Shown here piece by piece: positions 50,575-62,547 of a stretch of 64,000 nucleotides of DNA. Both the position numbers and the translations under genes were made by a program. The first letter of the stretch is position 1. Each line of letters starts with the position of its first letter. Below the pieces are notes generated by a model. The model saw nothing but the letters and a program-made list of their open reading frames with translations. It was not told where the DNA came from and searched no databases. The DNA is taken from positions 416,001 through 480,000 of the forward strand of contig CM000429.1 of NCBI GenBank assembly GCA_000165345.1, given 5' to 3'.

Positions 50575-52131
50575 TTAATAATTTATTATTAATACAAATA
50601 GTCTCAAATTCATATAGATTAGACTTGCAGAAATTAATATAATAAGTATTCCGACTATTATTGAAGAAAGTTTATATTTTCTAACATAATAGTCAATAAT
50701 ATTTTTACCAATAAGGGTACAAATAACTGAAATAAAAAGTAGTAAAATAGCCAAATCAAAGTGAACTCTCCCTTCAAATAGGTATGTAAAAAAGCATGTC
50801 AAAGTTGATATGATCAAACAAGTGGAGTTATTTGCAGCAATTGAAGAAGGATCGACTTGAGAGGAATAGAAAATCGTACTTATCAGAATCCCCCCGCTTG
50901 CACCTGTAATTCCACCTATTAGTCCGACTGAGAGTACCTCCAAGCTTGCCAAAATATAGTTTGAAAAATTATTACAATATTTAGACCGAATATAAGACAC
51001 TATATCGATTGCGTTATAATCTTGGTTTGCCACATTACTGTGGAAAGTCTTTGCGATTTTTGCAAGCCTTTCTTGTGAATTAATTATTGAAGTTATCAAA
51101 TTCAAAGATCGTTTTGGAAGCGAAATGTTTGGGAATAGCAACAGTATAATCACGCTGGATAGCCACAATAGCAAATGAATACGAGATTCTTTTGAAAATA
51201 GTATGCCACTCTCTAAAATAGAGATCCAAACTGAGAAAAAGCAGAGCAAAATAAATGTAATCCACAGTTTGTAGTTTCTAAATTTTACCCATTTATCCTG
51301 ATGTAGTGGAGAAGCAATTTGAATAATGCTACTTTGCTCGTTAATGCTATTCATTACGATTTTCTCTACTCTAATAATAGATAAAGTATATAAATACAAA
51401 ATGACCTTTAAATTGTCTTTTATTTTTTCGCTATTTATCAATTGTTTTGTCTGAGAAATTGTGGGTGAAAGTAGTTCAGGTTCGCAATTTGGGTTTTTGT
51501 TAGTCTTTTTCTCAGACTCCCTTATTTTGTTAAACTTTGAAATTGATACTTTTAAAACATATAATAGTAAGGCATTTAAGACAAAGATTGATACTAAATT
51601 GGAAACATATCTCCCAACAAATACTCCACATAAACTTCCGAGTGTAAGAAGTGGAGCAATAAATAATACAATTTGAATATCAATCAACGGCGCCTTTTCT
51701 ACTGGCATAAACGAGAACGAGTATTCGTGGATTTGATTCTCAGTGACAGCCAGCTTGAGAAAAGTAGTTGCATCGTTATATTCCGGAACTGCCCGTTTAT
51801 ATTGTAATAAATTAGTTACCAATGCACAAATTACTCCTCCAAGTATAATTGCAGAAGAAAAAGTAACTGCCTGCGAAAATGGAACTCGCATAAGACCTAA
51901 AAAAATGGGCATTGAAATAATTCCACCTCCTCCACCAGCTGAGACAGCAATAGATGCAAAACATCCGACAATTAACAATGAAATGATATCCATTTGAGTC
52001 AAGTCACTAATAGATTTAATACGCTCATTTTGAAGCTTCGGACCGATAGCATCGCCTTCAGAAGCACAAAGCACCAAGAAAATAACTGTTATAAGACATA
52101 ACTTTCTCAAAATTACGATAATAGAACCCAT
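50575..52131 (-). CDS. TauE/SafE (DUF81) family anion/sulfite-exporter-like membrane transporter. It has two repeats and 518 aa.
   Basis: Two internal repeats each carry the glycine-rich TauE motif: SAGGGGGIISMPIFLGLMRVPFSQAVTFSSAIILGG, and GLIGGITGASGGILISTIFYSSQVDPSSIAANNST. There are 10 or more TM helices. Confidence 0.7.
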   Translation of the reverse strand: MGSIIVILRKLCLITVIFLVLCASEGDAIGPKLQNERIKSISDLTQMDIISLLIVGCFASIAVSAGGGGGIISMPIFLGLMRVPFSQAVTFSSAIILGGVICALVTNLLQYKRAVPEYNDATTFLKLAVTENQIHEYSFSFMPVEKAPLIDIQIVLFIAPLLTLGSLCGVFVGRYVSNLVSIFVLNALLLYVLKVSISKFNKIRESEKKTNKNPNCEPELLSPTISQTKQLINSEKIKDNLKVILYLYTLSIIRVEKIVMNSINEQSSIIQIASPLHQDKWVKFRNYKLWITFILLCFFSVWISILESGILFSKESRIHLLLWLSSVIILLLFPNISLPKRSLNLITSIINSQERLAKIAKTFHSNVANQDYNAIDIVSYIRSKYCNNFSNYILASLEVLSVGLIGGITGASGGILISTIFYSSQVDPSSIAANNSTCLIISTLTCFFTYLFEGRVHFDLAILLLFISVICTLIGKNIIDYYVRKYKLSSIIVGILIILISASLIYMNLRLFVLIINY

Positions 52132-52379
52132 ATTTTTTAAAATAATTCTACGAAATAATTACATTTGGTCAAAATTAATGGGACTGCGTTTAATAAGCTA
52201 ATACCTATTATTTTAGATGCGGCCAAAATAGAGCCAAAAATTTAGCGCAAAAAATATACAAGCAGATAGGTTAAAAAATTTATGGAAGTGCCCACAATAT
52301 CCAAGGTTGTAAATCAGTAATAATAAATTCACTTGCAACCAAATAGTTCTTAAGATATTTGCCCATATGAAATACAAAG

Positions 52380-53960
52380 TTAGGGGCACCTAACTATTTT
52401 CATAAGATTACACGATCCCGGACAGGACTCTTTAACGCCATGCACGGCGATAGCAAAATCTCCACTCTCAATAAGACTTTCCTCTTTCGCAAGTGCTAGG
52501 GCATTAGATATTACAACTTCACTATGATGGATTGAGTTTAAGACATAAGTCTTAACACCTCTTGCAATCTTTAGCCCTCTGGCTACCTCAGGTTTAGCTG
52601 TGCATGCAATAATGGTTTGACTTGGCCTGTATTTTGAAATGAGTCTTGCAGTATTCCCTGTTTCTGTGATTGTGATGATTAATTTTGCATTTACGTCATG
52701 GGCAGACTCAACTGCAGAACAAGCAATGGCTTCAGGGACAGCAACAGGCTTTGGAACTGAGGAATGTATTGCGTGGTATAACACTGGATAATCAATACAT
52801 GTCTCAGCTTGGGCACATACTCTGGACATTACATTTACTGCGTCAAATGGAAATGCTCCATTTGCAGTTTCTCCAGATAGCATAACACAATCTGAACCAT
52901 CTAAAACAGCGTTTGCAACATCAGTCATTTCTGCCCTTGTTGGCCTATTACTCTTAATCATGCTTTCAAGCATTTGAGTTGCAGTAACAACAGGCTTACC
53001 TGCAACATTGCATTTGGAAATCATACATTTCTGAGCAACGAATATTTTTTCTGGAGGAATTTCCATACCCAGGTCACCTCTTGCAACCATGATACCGTCT
53101 GACTCGCTGCAAATACTATCGAAGTTGATCACACCTTCCAAGTTTTCAATTTTAGAAATAATCTTTATTGAGCTTGGGATTCCATTGGAGTATTGCGTAT
53201 TTTCAGAAATAATTTGCCTACATAGTTGCACATCAGCTCCATTCTGCACGAAGGAAAGAGCAATAAAATCCAAGTTGTACTTAAGGGCAAAGTCCACAAT
53301 GTCATGTCTATCTTTATCCCCAATTATTGGTAAGTGGACCTTACAACCTGGTAGATTCATATTTTTCCTTTCACCGATAGTTACGCTATTCAATACCTTG
53401 CAGACAATGAAATCATCGCCAATTTCTAGCACTTGAGTCGATAACGAGCCATCAGCAATTAAAACAGTACTTCCAATTTGTACACTTTTAGGTAATAGAG
53501 AATAGCTACACGATATACATTCGGAGTTACCTAACATAGAGTAATCTGTTGTAATTTTTAAAGTTTGGCCTGCCTTCAATTCAATGGGCTTTCCACCTTC
53601 CAACATTCCGGTTCTGATCTCTGGGCCTTTAGTATCTAGCATTATCCCAACGGTAGAGTGAGGTCTTGCTTTAGCTGCCTCCCTGATATTTTGTAAAGTC
53701 TTGAAGTGACTCTCATGATCGCCATGGGAAAAGTTAAGTCTAGCAACACTCATACCTTTGTCAATTAAACCAATCAACGATTCTACATTATTACAGCTTG
53801 GGCCAATTGTACATATGATTTGTGTCTTCCTTTGGGTTACGTCATTATCTGCTAAAGGAGAGCAAATTTTGTCCATCCCTAAACAAGTTGCCTTTCCCAG
53901 TGTGCAACTCATTACTGCAGAAGTAGATGCGAGTCTTTTCAAATGATCGTTTGAAATCAT
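52380..53960 (-). CDS. PYK: Pyruvate kinase, 526 aa.
   Basis: KTQIICTIGPSC...VARLNFSHGDHESH...MLDTKGPEIRTG...IALSFVQNGADV...KIENLEGV...IMVARGDLGMEIP...ATQMLESMIKSNRPTRAEMTDVANAVLDG...GETANGAFP gives the canonical PK motifs, including the K+/FBP-site residues. Confidence 0.95.
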   Translation of the reverse strand: MISNDHLKRLASTSAVMSCTLGKATCLGMDKICSPLADNDVTQRKTQIICTIGPSCNNVESLIGLIDKGMSVARLNFSHGDHESHFKTLQNIREAAKARPHSTVGIMLDTKGPEIRTGMLEGGKPIELKAGQTLKITTDYSMLGNSECISCSYSLLPKSVQIGSTVLIADGSLSTQVLEIGDDFIVCKVLNSVTIGERKNMNLPGCKVHLPIIGDKDRHDIVDFALKYNLDFIALSFVQNGADVQLCRQIISENTQYSNGIPSSIKIISKIENLEGVINFDSICSESDGIMVARGDLGMEIPPEKIFVAQKCMISKCNVAGKPVVTATQMLESMIKSNRPTRAEMTDVANAVLDGSDCVMLSGETANGAFPFDAVNVMSRVCAQAETCIDYPVLYHAIHSSVPKPVAVPEAIACSAVESAHDVNAKLIITITETGNTARLISKYRPSQTIIACTAKPEVARGLKIARGVKTYVLNSIHHSEVVISNALALAKEESLIESGDFAIAVHGVKESCPGSCNLMKIVRCP

Positions 53961-54037
53961 CTTAGTGAATTTTTTGATTTATTGAAATTAATAAAAAATA
54001 AATCAAATGTTCTTAATTATCAAAGGATCTAGAAAAA

Positions 54038-54044
54038 TTGGCGC
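54038..54044. promoter_or_regulatory. E2F-like half site TTGGCGC in the pyruvate kinase upstream region.
   Basis: AAATTGGCGCTTCA lies about 80 bp upstream of the PK ATG (53960, minus strand). Confidence 0.3.
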
Positions 54045-54068
54045 TTCATATCTTATCTATGTTATTTA

Positions 54069-54084
54069 CTCCCCTTGTGGGGAG
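54069..54084. promoter_or_regulatory. Inverted repeat CTCCCC-ttgt-GGGGAG (6-bp arms, 4-nt loop) between pyruvate kinase and the WD-repeat gene.
   Basis: The arms are perfect complements. It lies in the PK 5' region / WD-gene 3' flank. It could be a hairpin terminator or processing signal, or a protein-binding palindrome. Confidence 0.3.
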
Positions 54085-54203
54085 CAAATAATAATACTAA
54101 GTCCTCTCAATAGGGTTGAATTTTTTAATTGAGTTTATTATCCACATGCATATATAGACTATGATTTGATGGAAAATGGTGCGGTTGTATTTAAACGTAA
54201 ATG

Positions 54204-55436
54204 TTAGTTACTTATTTTCGCTCTTTTCAAATCATTGTTCTGTGCGGATTTAGTGAAGATATTCTTTTTAGGTTTTGTGGGGTGCTTCAGTGCGTCTGGG
54301 ATTATTGCGTAGCTCAGGTATCCACTTTCATTGTCGTGGCTCGAGTGCGAGTTTTTGGTATTAATTATTATAGGGCATGGTAAATTGTCGTAATTTTTGT
54401 ACCATAAAACGCATCCTACATCTTTAATATCAATTGAATCTTCAAATAATTTAAAGGATGTTTGAGCAGTGAGTTCGGTTATTTCAATTGAATAAGGAAC
54501 ACTGTTTAGATTTATTGTGGTTAATTCCTTCCGGAATCTAAACGTATTCTTTTCACATGAATCTAATTGAACAACAGTTATTCCACTTAAATCTTCACAT
54601 TTTATAAAAACTTTCTTCAGTGAAGAACTGAACTTTACTTCTAAGGGAATTGACTATAAGAAGTTATATTTAGCTCAAAATTGAATGTTACTTACCTCAA
54701 GGTTAATCGAATCTATTTCAGTTCCGTATAAATAGTCCCAAAGCTTGATTCTTTTATCAAGAGATGAACTAATAATTAATTTAGATGATTCTTCAGCGAT
54801 TTTTACCTCACATAGTGATGAGATTGCGCCACCGTGACCACATAATATTGAAAGTGTATTTTCTAAATGTTTTATATTAGAAACCCATATTTTTCCACAC
54901 TTATTCCCAGTAAACAAAAGTTTGGAGTCGTGGCTGACTATTGAACATGTAACTGTTGATAAATGACCCATTTTGGGGATTATACAATCAGCCATATCGT
55001 TGTTTAGTAGTTCTTCACTATCTGAGTGATTATCAAACGAGGGTAAATTTCTACCATTCTTAATCGCTGAGTGAATAGAAGAGGCATTCAATAAGTATAA
55101 ATCACCAAATTTATCACCTATAATCACTTCGTTTGTATCTGGTTTGAATATTGAAATATTTAACCTTTTTGAGTGTATAAATCGACCTATTAATTGAAAG
55201 CTAAAATTGCAAATCTTAATTATATAAATAACCTTATTGCTACTACAAGCAGTGGCTGTACCATCCATTGAAATATTTACTGAAACTAAAGTATCTTCTT
55301 CATTACCTAGAGCAATTTCTGATTGTTGATAATCAACGAGAGAAAGTGAAAATAACTTATTCTTTTGAAACCAAATAAGTTGGTCATTATAGTAGAAAAG
55401 AGAATTGTTTCCGGAAATTAAATCTATATTTCTCAT
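54204..55436 (-). CDS. WD-repeat protein, function unknown, about 396 aa. It has 2 exons, 54696..55436 and 54204..54653, separated by a 42-nt intron.
   Basis: Track ORF 54675..55436 reads through a GTAAGT donor (54695/54694) after ...IDSINLE. The acceptor is CTTATAG (AG 54654-54655). It opens a 149-codon frame with no stops (SIPLEVKFSSSLKKVFIKCEDLSGITVVQLD...LKRAKISN) ending at TAA 54204-54206. This 3' exon is absent from the ORF track because it has no ATG/TTG start. WD-like repeats are present (GHLSTVTCSIVSHDSKLLFTGNKCGKIWV; CGHGGAISSLCEV...SSSLDKRIKLWD). Confidence 0.55.
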
Positions 55437-55573
55437 TATTCTCTCTATTTGTATGCATATATACTTAGGTTTATATCATCAGTTAAATGATATTATTTAA
55501 AGAACGTCAAACATACAATATTAATTAATTATACCGCTCAGAAATAATGTACAGGTTAAAGTGCTACTTTTTA

Positions 55574-56387
<814 letters not shown>

Positions 56388-56949
56388 ATTTTTCTGTTTT
56401 CACATTACAGTAAATAGCTTCATCATTTCCAAAAATTATTAGATTTCATCGTTCCCTCCTCGTTATTTTGAAAAAAAATATACGCGATTGATTATTAATT
56501 GCATGAAAAAAGTTATATAAATTCCTAAAGAATTTTTGTTGCTATTTTTAAATGTGATTTAATAAACATAGTATGAAAACAATCTATTCTGCTGCAAAAT
56601 ATATTTTAAGATTTATGATAATTCGGAATACTACAAAACATTAGATGCTACTGTATACAAGATCAGACATCATTCAAAAATAGTGCTCTGCAGTATAATT
56701 AATTTAACTTAAATAAAATAATCGTGAGCGCAGAAATAATTGCAAATTATGTGGAATTGCGCTGCAAAATTTATCAAACAAATAATTGGAGTTAATTTAG
56801 TAAAGGTTTTTCAACATTAAATATAATATTTTAAAGTCATGTATTAAAATTTTGATTTTGAATATGTATTAATATATTATTTGCCCAATATAATTGAATT
56901 ACTCTAAAGATTTGGAAGACTGATAATTTTGTTTTAAACTTAATATACG

Positions 56950-58449
56950 ATGCTTGAAAATGACTTTCCACATAATGAGTTGGTATGGTGGAGGATGACA
57001 AGGAAACAAAGGTATTTGCCTGGGCGTACAGTAACATTGGAATTAGAAAATAAAACAGTAGGAATAGAAGAAGAACATGAAAAATTACTTATGAAGTTAG
57101 TAAAGCAGGGCTCAGTTATTATTCATTCGTTTGATGATATGAAATATGCTGTTTGTAGTTCTAGTAATGTTAGGTTATATCCAGCACTTTCTGAGCAGGA
57201 GCAAAAGTCACTTGAAAAAGAATGCATTCGATCAACAAAGATGAATTACAGAGCTTTGTTACGTATTAAAAAAATAGTTGAACTCAGAAAATTAGATCAG
57301 GCACAATTTGAAAATAGTGAAACAAATATGTCTCTATTAGAGATTCGTATGATTCAATTTTTCAAAGACAGGGATAGCATCACCAATATTTCTGAGAGTA
57401 TAGAATATCTTGAAAATAACACTGCAATTGAATTACTAGGAGCAATTGTAAACAGGAAAACTTTGAAAACTATGATTGGCCAGAGTCCACAAGCTTTCTT
57501 TTATTTAGATAAGACTATATTTAATGAGAAAAGTAAACATCTATCTGAGAAAGAGGACATTTCAGTAGGATCTATTGATTCTAAGCACTGGCAAAATGAA
57601 TTAAATGAAATTATTGTTAATAGGAAAACAATTTGTGAATTATTAAGTTGTATACCGTTTGAATTGTTATCGAGCAGTCATAATGGTAAAAATAACATCG
57701 AATTAATGGCTGGCCGAATTTTTGTGAATGATCCTGAAGATTCATTGATTGAAGAATTTTGTGAAAAAAGTATTGATGCCATTTATCGTGGGAAGTTCAT
57801 TATGGAATATATTAAATTATCAATTTTGTATTTGCGTGTATTATCCAAATCAATAGCACTTAGAGTTGTAAGTGCAAATAAAAAGAAAAACACAAGACAG
57901 AGATCAATATTGGAATATGTTGTAGTTTTATCTCTTGAATTATTATTTTGTGATCCATATGAAGCTAAGATGCTTTCATTGACTAAATTAAAGCACGAAG
58001 AAACGAGCATTTCTAATGTAAACAATTGTTTGGTGTCCCTAAGTATTGATATTGATTCGAATAATTCATCCAAAAAAATGCCAGAAAACATTAGTAAGGC
58101 GGAGAAAAGTAATGTTCATGGATTATTGTTAAATTTTAAAACAACTGTCCCTAGTAGAGACTCTAAAGAAAATGAATTATATTATAAAGTTGACTTAAAT
58201 CGTATTAGTAGCCAGTTGGCCATTTCAGAAGAGTTACAAAACGCCTATAGTTACTACAATAAGAAATTTACCCTTAAAGAACTGGAACATCGCACCAAAT
58301 CGTTCCATGTTATTAAAACTTCGTGCCCTATAATGATTAAATTGTTAAGGGAATGGATTCTGAATGCAAATAGAGGCGAATTTGACCATATAGATAGTAT
58401 TGATCAACTTAAAAAAATAAAAGAAAACTTATTAAATGTTGATAAGTAG
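56950..58449 (+). CDS. Hypothetical 499-aa protein with a possible N-terminal PWWP-like motif.
   Basis: The N-terminus HNELVWWRMTRKQRYLPGRTVTLE resembles the PWWP core (GDLVWAKMKGYPxWPARV). The rest is unrecognised. Antisense ORFs 56837..57037 and 57783..58091 rejected. Confidence 0.55.
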   Translation: MLENDFPHNELVWWRMTRKQRYLPGRTVTLELENKTVGIEEEHEKLLMKLVKQGSVIIHSFDDMKYAVCSSSNVRLYPALSEQEQKSLEKECIRSTKMNYRALLRIKKIVELRKLDQAQFENSETNMSLLEIRMIQFFKDRDSITNISESIEYLENNTAIELLGAIVNRKTLKTMIGQSPQAFFYLDKTIFNEKSKHLSEKEDISVGSIDSKHWQNELNEIIVNRKTICELLSCIPFELLSSSHNGKNNIELMAGRIFVNDPEDSLIEEFCEKSIDAIYRGKFIMEYIKLSILYLRVLSKSIALRVVSANKKKNTRQRSILEYVVVLSLELLFCDPYEAKMLSLTKLKHEETSISNVNNCLVSLSIDIDSNNSSKKMPENISKAEKSNVHGLLLNFKTTVPSRDSKENELYYKVDLNRISSQLAISEELQNAYSYYNKKFTLKELEHRTKSFHVIKTSCPIMIKLLREWILNANRGEFDHIDSIDQLKKIKENLLNVDK

Positions 58450-58500
58450 TTCTAATAAGAAAATCAAACTTTCTCCAATTAACCTTCTTTGCTCGTTAAT

Positions 58501-59193
58501 TTAAGAAATTAATGAATATTTGCTATATTCACGATCTCTAGGTAATATTTTAATTAGGATAATTAATTCAGCAAACGTTAATGATAATATTCCAACTAAA
58601 GTATAGAATCCAGATCCTAATGAATGATATATCTTTTGAATGGTCGTGCTGTTATTTTCTGTCCTAAAAGTTTTTCCCCAAGAAAAGTGCATCGAAATCC
58701 AATAAAGCAACCCTGATTTGATAAATAAGACCGAAGCTCCCATTAAAATAATGGAAAATATATGTGCATATCTTTTGTTATGTAAGTATTCTTTAATTAG
58801 TAAAATAAGCGTTGAAAATGATAAAAACGCCAAATATGTTGCAATTAAGCATGTAAGTATTAAACTCGCATTCTGAATACTTGTGATTGTATTTTTGATT
58901 GATTTCGTTAAGGAATTTGTAGTTATACTGTTAAGCGTTTTGCTTGATCCGAAGTTTTCGAATTCAATAATTTCACTACAGTTTTCAAAGTCAATGACTG
59001 ATGTATTAATGCAAACCCCTTCTGAATAAATTCGATTCAAGCAAACGCTATACTTAACATTAGATCCATTTGAGAATCCCCACCTGTAATAACCAATATT
59101 TAAAAAAAATATCGTAAAAAACGTTGCTAAAATTAATAATGAATTTAGTATCAAAATTGCAAGTTTGTGCAAATTCTCTCTTTTTTTTTGCAT
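58501..59193 (-). CDS. Hypothetical 4-TM membrane protein of 230 aa with a large Cys-containing first extracellular loop (claudin/PMP22-like topology).
   Basis: TM1 is LAILILNSLLILATFFTIFFL. An extracellular loop of about 90 aa contains 4 Cys. Three further TM helices follow. No family motif is confirmed. Confidence 0.5.
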   Translation of the reverse strand: MQKKRENLHKLAILILNSLLILATFFTIFFLNIGYYRWGFSNGSNVKYSVCLNRIYSEGVCINTSVIDFENCSEIIEFENFGSSKTLNSITTNSLTKSIKNTITSIQNASLILTCLIATYLAFLSFSTLILLIKEYLHNKRYAHIFSIILMGASVLFIKSGLLYWISMHFSWGKTFRTENNSTTIQKIYHSLGSGFYTLVGILSLTFAELIILIKILPRDREYSKYSLIS

Positions 59194-59336
59194 ATTATAG
59201 AACCAACATATTACACAACTCTGATATCTTGTACAATAAGTACTTTGGTTTGAAAAACTTTAACTTGTAATTATTGGATCACTTAACGCGGGAGAGTATG
59301 TAAATCTAAGATTGTATTAAAATGTTTAAGAAATAA

Positions 59337-60449
59337 TTAATCTATTACTTTTCCAGTTAAGTTTAATATTTTAAGTAATGAATAGCACATTTGGCAATAT
59401 TTGTTGTCAATTACTTTATTGTGAATAATTCCGCATAATTTACAGAATATGTTTTCTTTTACATAGATTGAATATTTGTGTTGTTCATTATTGTTTTCAT
59501 TTAGCTTCATAAATATGTTAGTAATATTGCATATCTTCTCACTTTGAGAAAGAATAAATTTACTAATTTCATATTCAATGGGAGATTTATTTAAAGAAAG
59601 CTCTGCTCCAATCGAACTATTTAGAATTTTAGATATATTGAATTTCCAGTAAAGCATAACTTCTTTTGAAGTTAAGTTTCTTAGGGGACGAATGAAAAGG
59701 AGCGAAGATTTCTCAGTGTGAAATCTAAAATCAAGATGTTCATAAATTGATTTAATATGTACTCCACTAGCCAATGTCATATATTGGATAGACTCAGAGC
59801 CCAGTGACTCAGATGTAGATGCTATCACAAGACACTTTTGCCTAGAATGGTCTATACTATCTAAATAATGTTTAATATCCTTAAATATAATTAGTTGAAT
59901 AAGTAACTTAATGTGATCAGTTCCCCTATCAATATGAAACTTAATTTCATCTAAAATCGCTTGTCTTTTTTCTTTATCAGACTGAGTATCGCCTCTGATA
60001 ATGCTTGAACAGAATGGGATTATTTGTAACTTTGGTATAATTTGGAATCCGTTTGAATAGGCATTATGGCTATAGATTGATTGAATACATGCATTCAAAC
60101 TTTCGTAATATTCAGAAGGATCTCTATTAACCAATGGAGATGTATCGACATTAATAAAAGATTTAATAGAATAGTCGGGCCTTTTTCCTGTCTTTGGTAT
60201 TACTGATAGCAAGTTCAATAAAGCATGTGAATAAAATCCAAATCCAAGCGCAACATAAAGCTCTGATTTTAGAGGTTTTTTTGATTGGTAACTACTTTTT
60301 AATTCCTTCAACCTTTCAATTGGGCCTGTCCTTATTTCTTTTCTTACATTACCCTCAATATATGAATTAAAGCAATCAATACAGGATAGAAATCTGGTAT
60401 TAACTTCAGCTTTTTTTGATTTACATTTATAGCAAAATATAGTCTCCAT
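59337..60449 (-). CDS. CTU2: Cytoplasmic tRNA 2-thiolation protein 2 (Ctu2/Ncs2)-like, 370 aa.
   Basis: The N-terminal CYKCKSKKAEVNTRFLSCIDCFNSYIEGNVRKEI matches the Ncs2/Ctu2 start (CxRCxxxxAxVxSRxxxFCxxCFxxFVxxKxRK). A degenerate PP-loop region follows (LYVALGFGFYSHALLNLLSV). The C-terminus has a CKLCG...CQMCYSLLKILN zinc-ribbon, as in Ncs2 (CYGCLILL). Confidence 0.5.
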   Translation of the reverse strand: METIFCYKCKSKKAEVNTRFLSCIDCFNSYIEGNVRKEIRTGPIERLKELKSSYQSKKPLKSELYVALGFGFYSHALLNLLSVIPKTGKRPDYSIKSFINVDTSPLVNRDPSEYYESLNACIQSIYSHNAYSNGFQIIPKLQIIPFCSSIIRGDTQSDKEKRQAILDEIKFHIDRGTDHIKLLIQLIIFKDIKHYLDSIDHSRQKCLVIASTSESLGSESIQYMTLASGVHIKSIYEHLDFRFHTEKSSLLFIRPLRNLTSKEVMLYWKFNISKILNSSIGAELSLNKSPIEYEISKFILSQSEKICNITNIFMKLNENNNEQHKYSIYVKENIFCKLCGIIHNKVIDNKYCQMCYSLLKILNLTGKVID

Positions 60450-60884
60450 ATATTAACATTTCATTTACCAGTAATAGAATAAATGTAATTGATTACAGAA
60501 CTTAATCTAGATTAGTTTTGGCGGTATGAATTTAATATATTAACTCATTTCTGTTTTTTTACCTAGAGGAATGGGCAATTAAAAACTATATTATATATAA
60601 TAAAATTTGTTTCTGCATTGCTCTAATTATTAATTTGTTTGATAAATAATTTTAAACGGTCAGATAATATTCGCTACAATATTTTATCTATTTAGTAATA
60701 TATGATATCTATAGCTTAGTAAGATTTGAGTAACAGAGTTAACAAAAGCCATGAAATAACTGTTAACTACGAGTTATACTAAATTGCTAATTACGTAGTA
60801 TAATATATATTTTATCATGGAATGTTGATATCATTTTTGTTCAAAATTAACTTTGGAAGTAAAAAGTTAATTATTCAAAATGTT

Positions 60885-62547
60885 CTAATTCGATTCTTGC
60901 CTATTTGAGTTCTTGATTGAATCAAAGACCCAGAAATAGTAAAAGTAAAATGTGTAATATAATATGGGGAATATACAGATTAGGGAAGATAGTGCATGAT
61001 AGATGAACACAAGCTGAAGCTTGTCAAATACCAACCTTTGTACGAAAAATTCCAGAAAAAAAATTGTTGTCAGTCCAAAAATAAATAATATGTTGTGAAC
61101 GCTGTATTTTCTCAAATTAATATTTAAAAGCAATAATTCCAGTACATAATAAGTCATTATTATTACATATTTAATAATATTCTCAGGATATGTTTCTAAC
61201 AAAACCATGACAGATAAATTGGACCAATTACTTAAGTAAGTGTAATGAGCCAAGAGCTGTTGATCATTTTCACAAAATAAAATTGTGTAGATTCCTAAAG
61301 GTATAATAGCGTATAATATTTGTTTTTCGTGAATATGAAATCCAAATTGAAAAGCTATTAAAAGTGAGATTGAAGAAGTTATTAAAATAGACTTCGTTGA
61401 CTCTTTTATATTACTCAAACTATGCCATAGACGAACTAATACTGGAATTATAAATAGTATACAAATTAACATGCAAAAAATAGGTTTTACTGGTGGGATA
61501 CATTTCATCGATTTAATATAATGGCCTTCTGCGTCAAGGTGATGAATTTTGCAAAAGTTTAAGTTAAATTTTGCGAATACTTTATCAGCTATCGAATATA
61601 AAGTATATAAGTTTGATGCAGGAATAAAATGGATAAAACTTCTTGAAATGGGAAATAGCCTCGAAATAAATTGATTTAATTGTCCATAAAAAATAATTGG
61701 CGTGATTGCAAAAGCGGACACTGATAAAACAGAAAATAAAACTTTAAATGAAGAGATAATAAGAATAAAAAATTTCCCTTCAGATCTTTGAATGCAAGAA
61801 TTTAATAGAAAAATAAACCATATAGGAGCAAGCACAATAAAAAAGTGCTTTGTAAAAACTAAACAAGTGAATATTATGGCTGAATATATTGGATAGTTCG
61901 CTGTTAGATAAATTGATAATAGCAATATCCCCATGAGGAATCCATTGTATTGAAAATGTATGTGATCAACTATTACCAAAGATGCATTAAATATAGTAAA
62001 AAAAGTTGATAAATAAATAGAATTGGTTTCGGAATCTGATTCACTCTTGCATATTAGAATTATCGGTGGAACCAGCGATATTAATTCTGAAATTATTACG
62101 CTCAATCTTTGAAAAATTAGAGTTTTTTTTGTAAAAAATGGTTCTTTAGAAAGCTAAATTATTTATTTAATGTTATTAATATTGAGTTTTCAACTTACTA
62201 CAAGAATACTAGGATCGAACATATTAGCTAAAAAGCTAAGAACCAACTCAAAATATGCAAAAAAAATAGGGTAATCTAAAGTCCAAATTGAAGTTTCCTA
62301 AAAATAATTCTTCAAGTATTCAGGAGTAAAGAAAAAATCCGCTTACATCATAATACCATTCTTTTATTGGCTTATTAAAAGTGATGGCCATCCAATTTCT
62401 ATGTACTTCAAAGTCCGGACTGTGGCTAATTTCAATTCGCAATAAATCAAGAATATTTAATAATAAATCAACTTACTAAAGAGGGATCAACATAAGCTTA
62501 AACAGAATTGAGATAATTAATATCAACAATATTCGCTTCAACATCAT
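60885..62547 (-). CDS. ALG6: Dolichyl-P-Glc:oligosaccharide alpha-glucosyltransferase of the ALG6/ALG8 family (GT57), probably ALG6. It has 4 exons: 62477..62547, 62347..62425, 62199..62297 and 60885..62153.
   Basis: Exon 1 reads [23 protein letters not shown](Y), with donor TA|GTAAGT at 62476. Exon 2 (acceptor AG 62426-62427) reads [26 protein letters not shown], with donor GTAAGC at 62346. Exon 3 (acceptor AG 62298-62299) reads [33 protein letters not shown], with donor GTAAGT at 62198. Exon 4 (acceptor AG 62154-62155) reads [24 protein letters not shown]...[17 protein letters not shown]..., continuing as track ORF 60885..62105. The [21 protein letters not shown] and HFQYNGFL motifs are diagnostic of ALG6/ALG8. 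Confidence 0.75.

Noticed and set aside
54201-54383. 60-aa plus-strand ORF
   Set aside because: It overlaps, on the opposite strand, the stop-free 3' exon of the WD-repeat gene.
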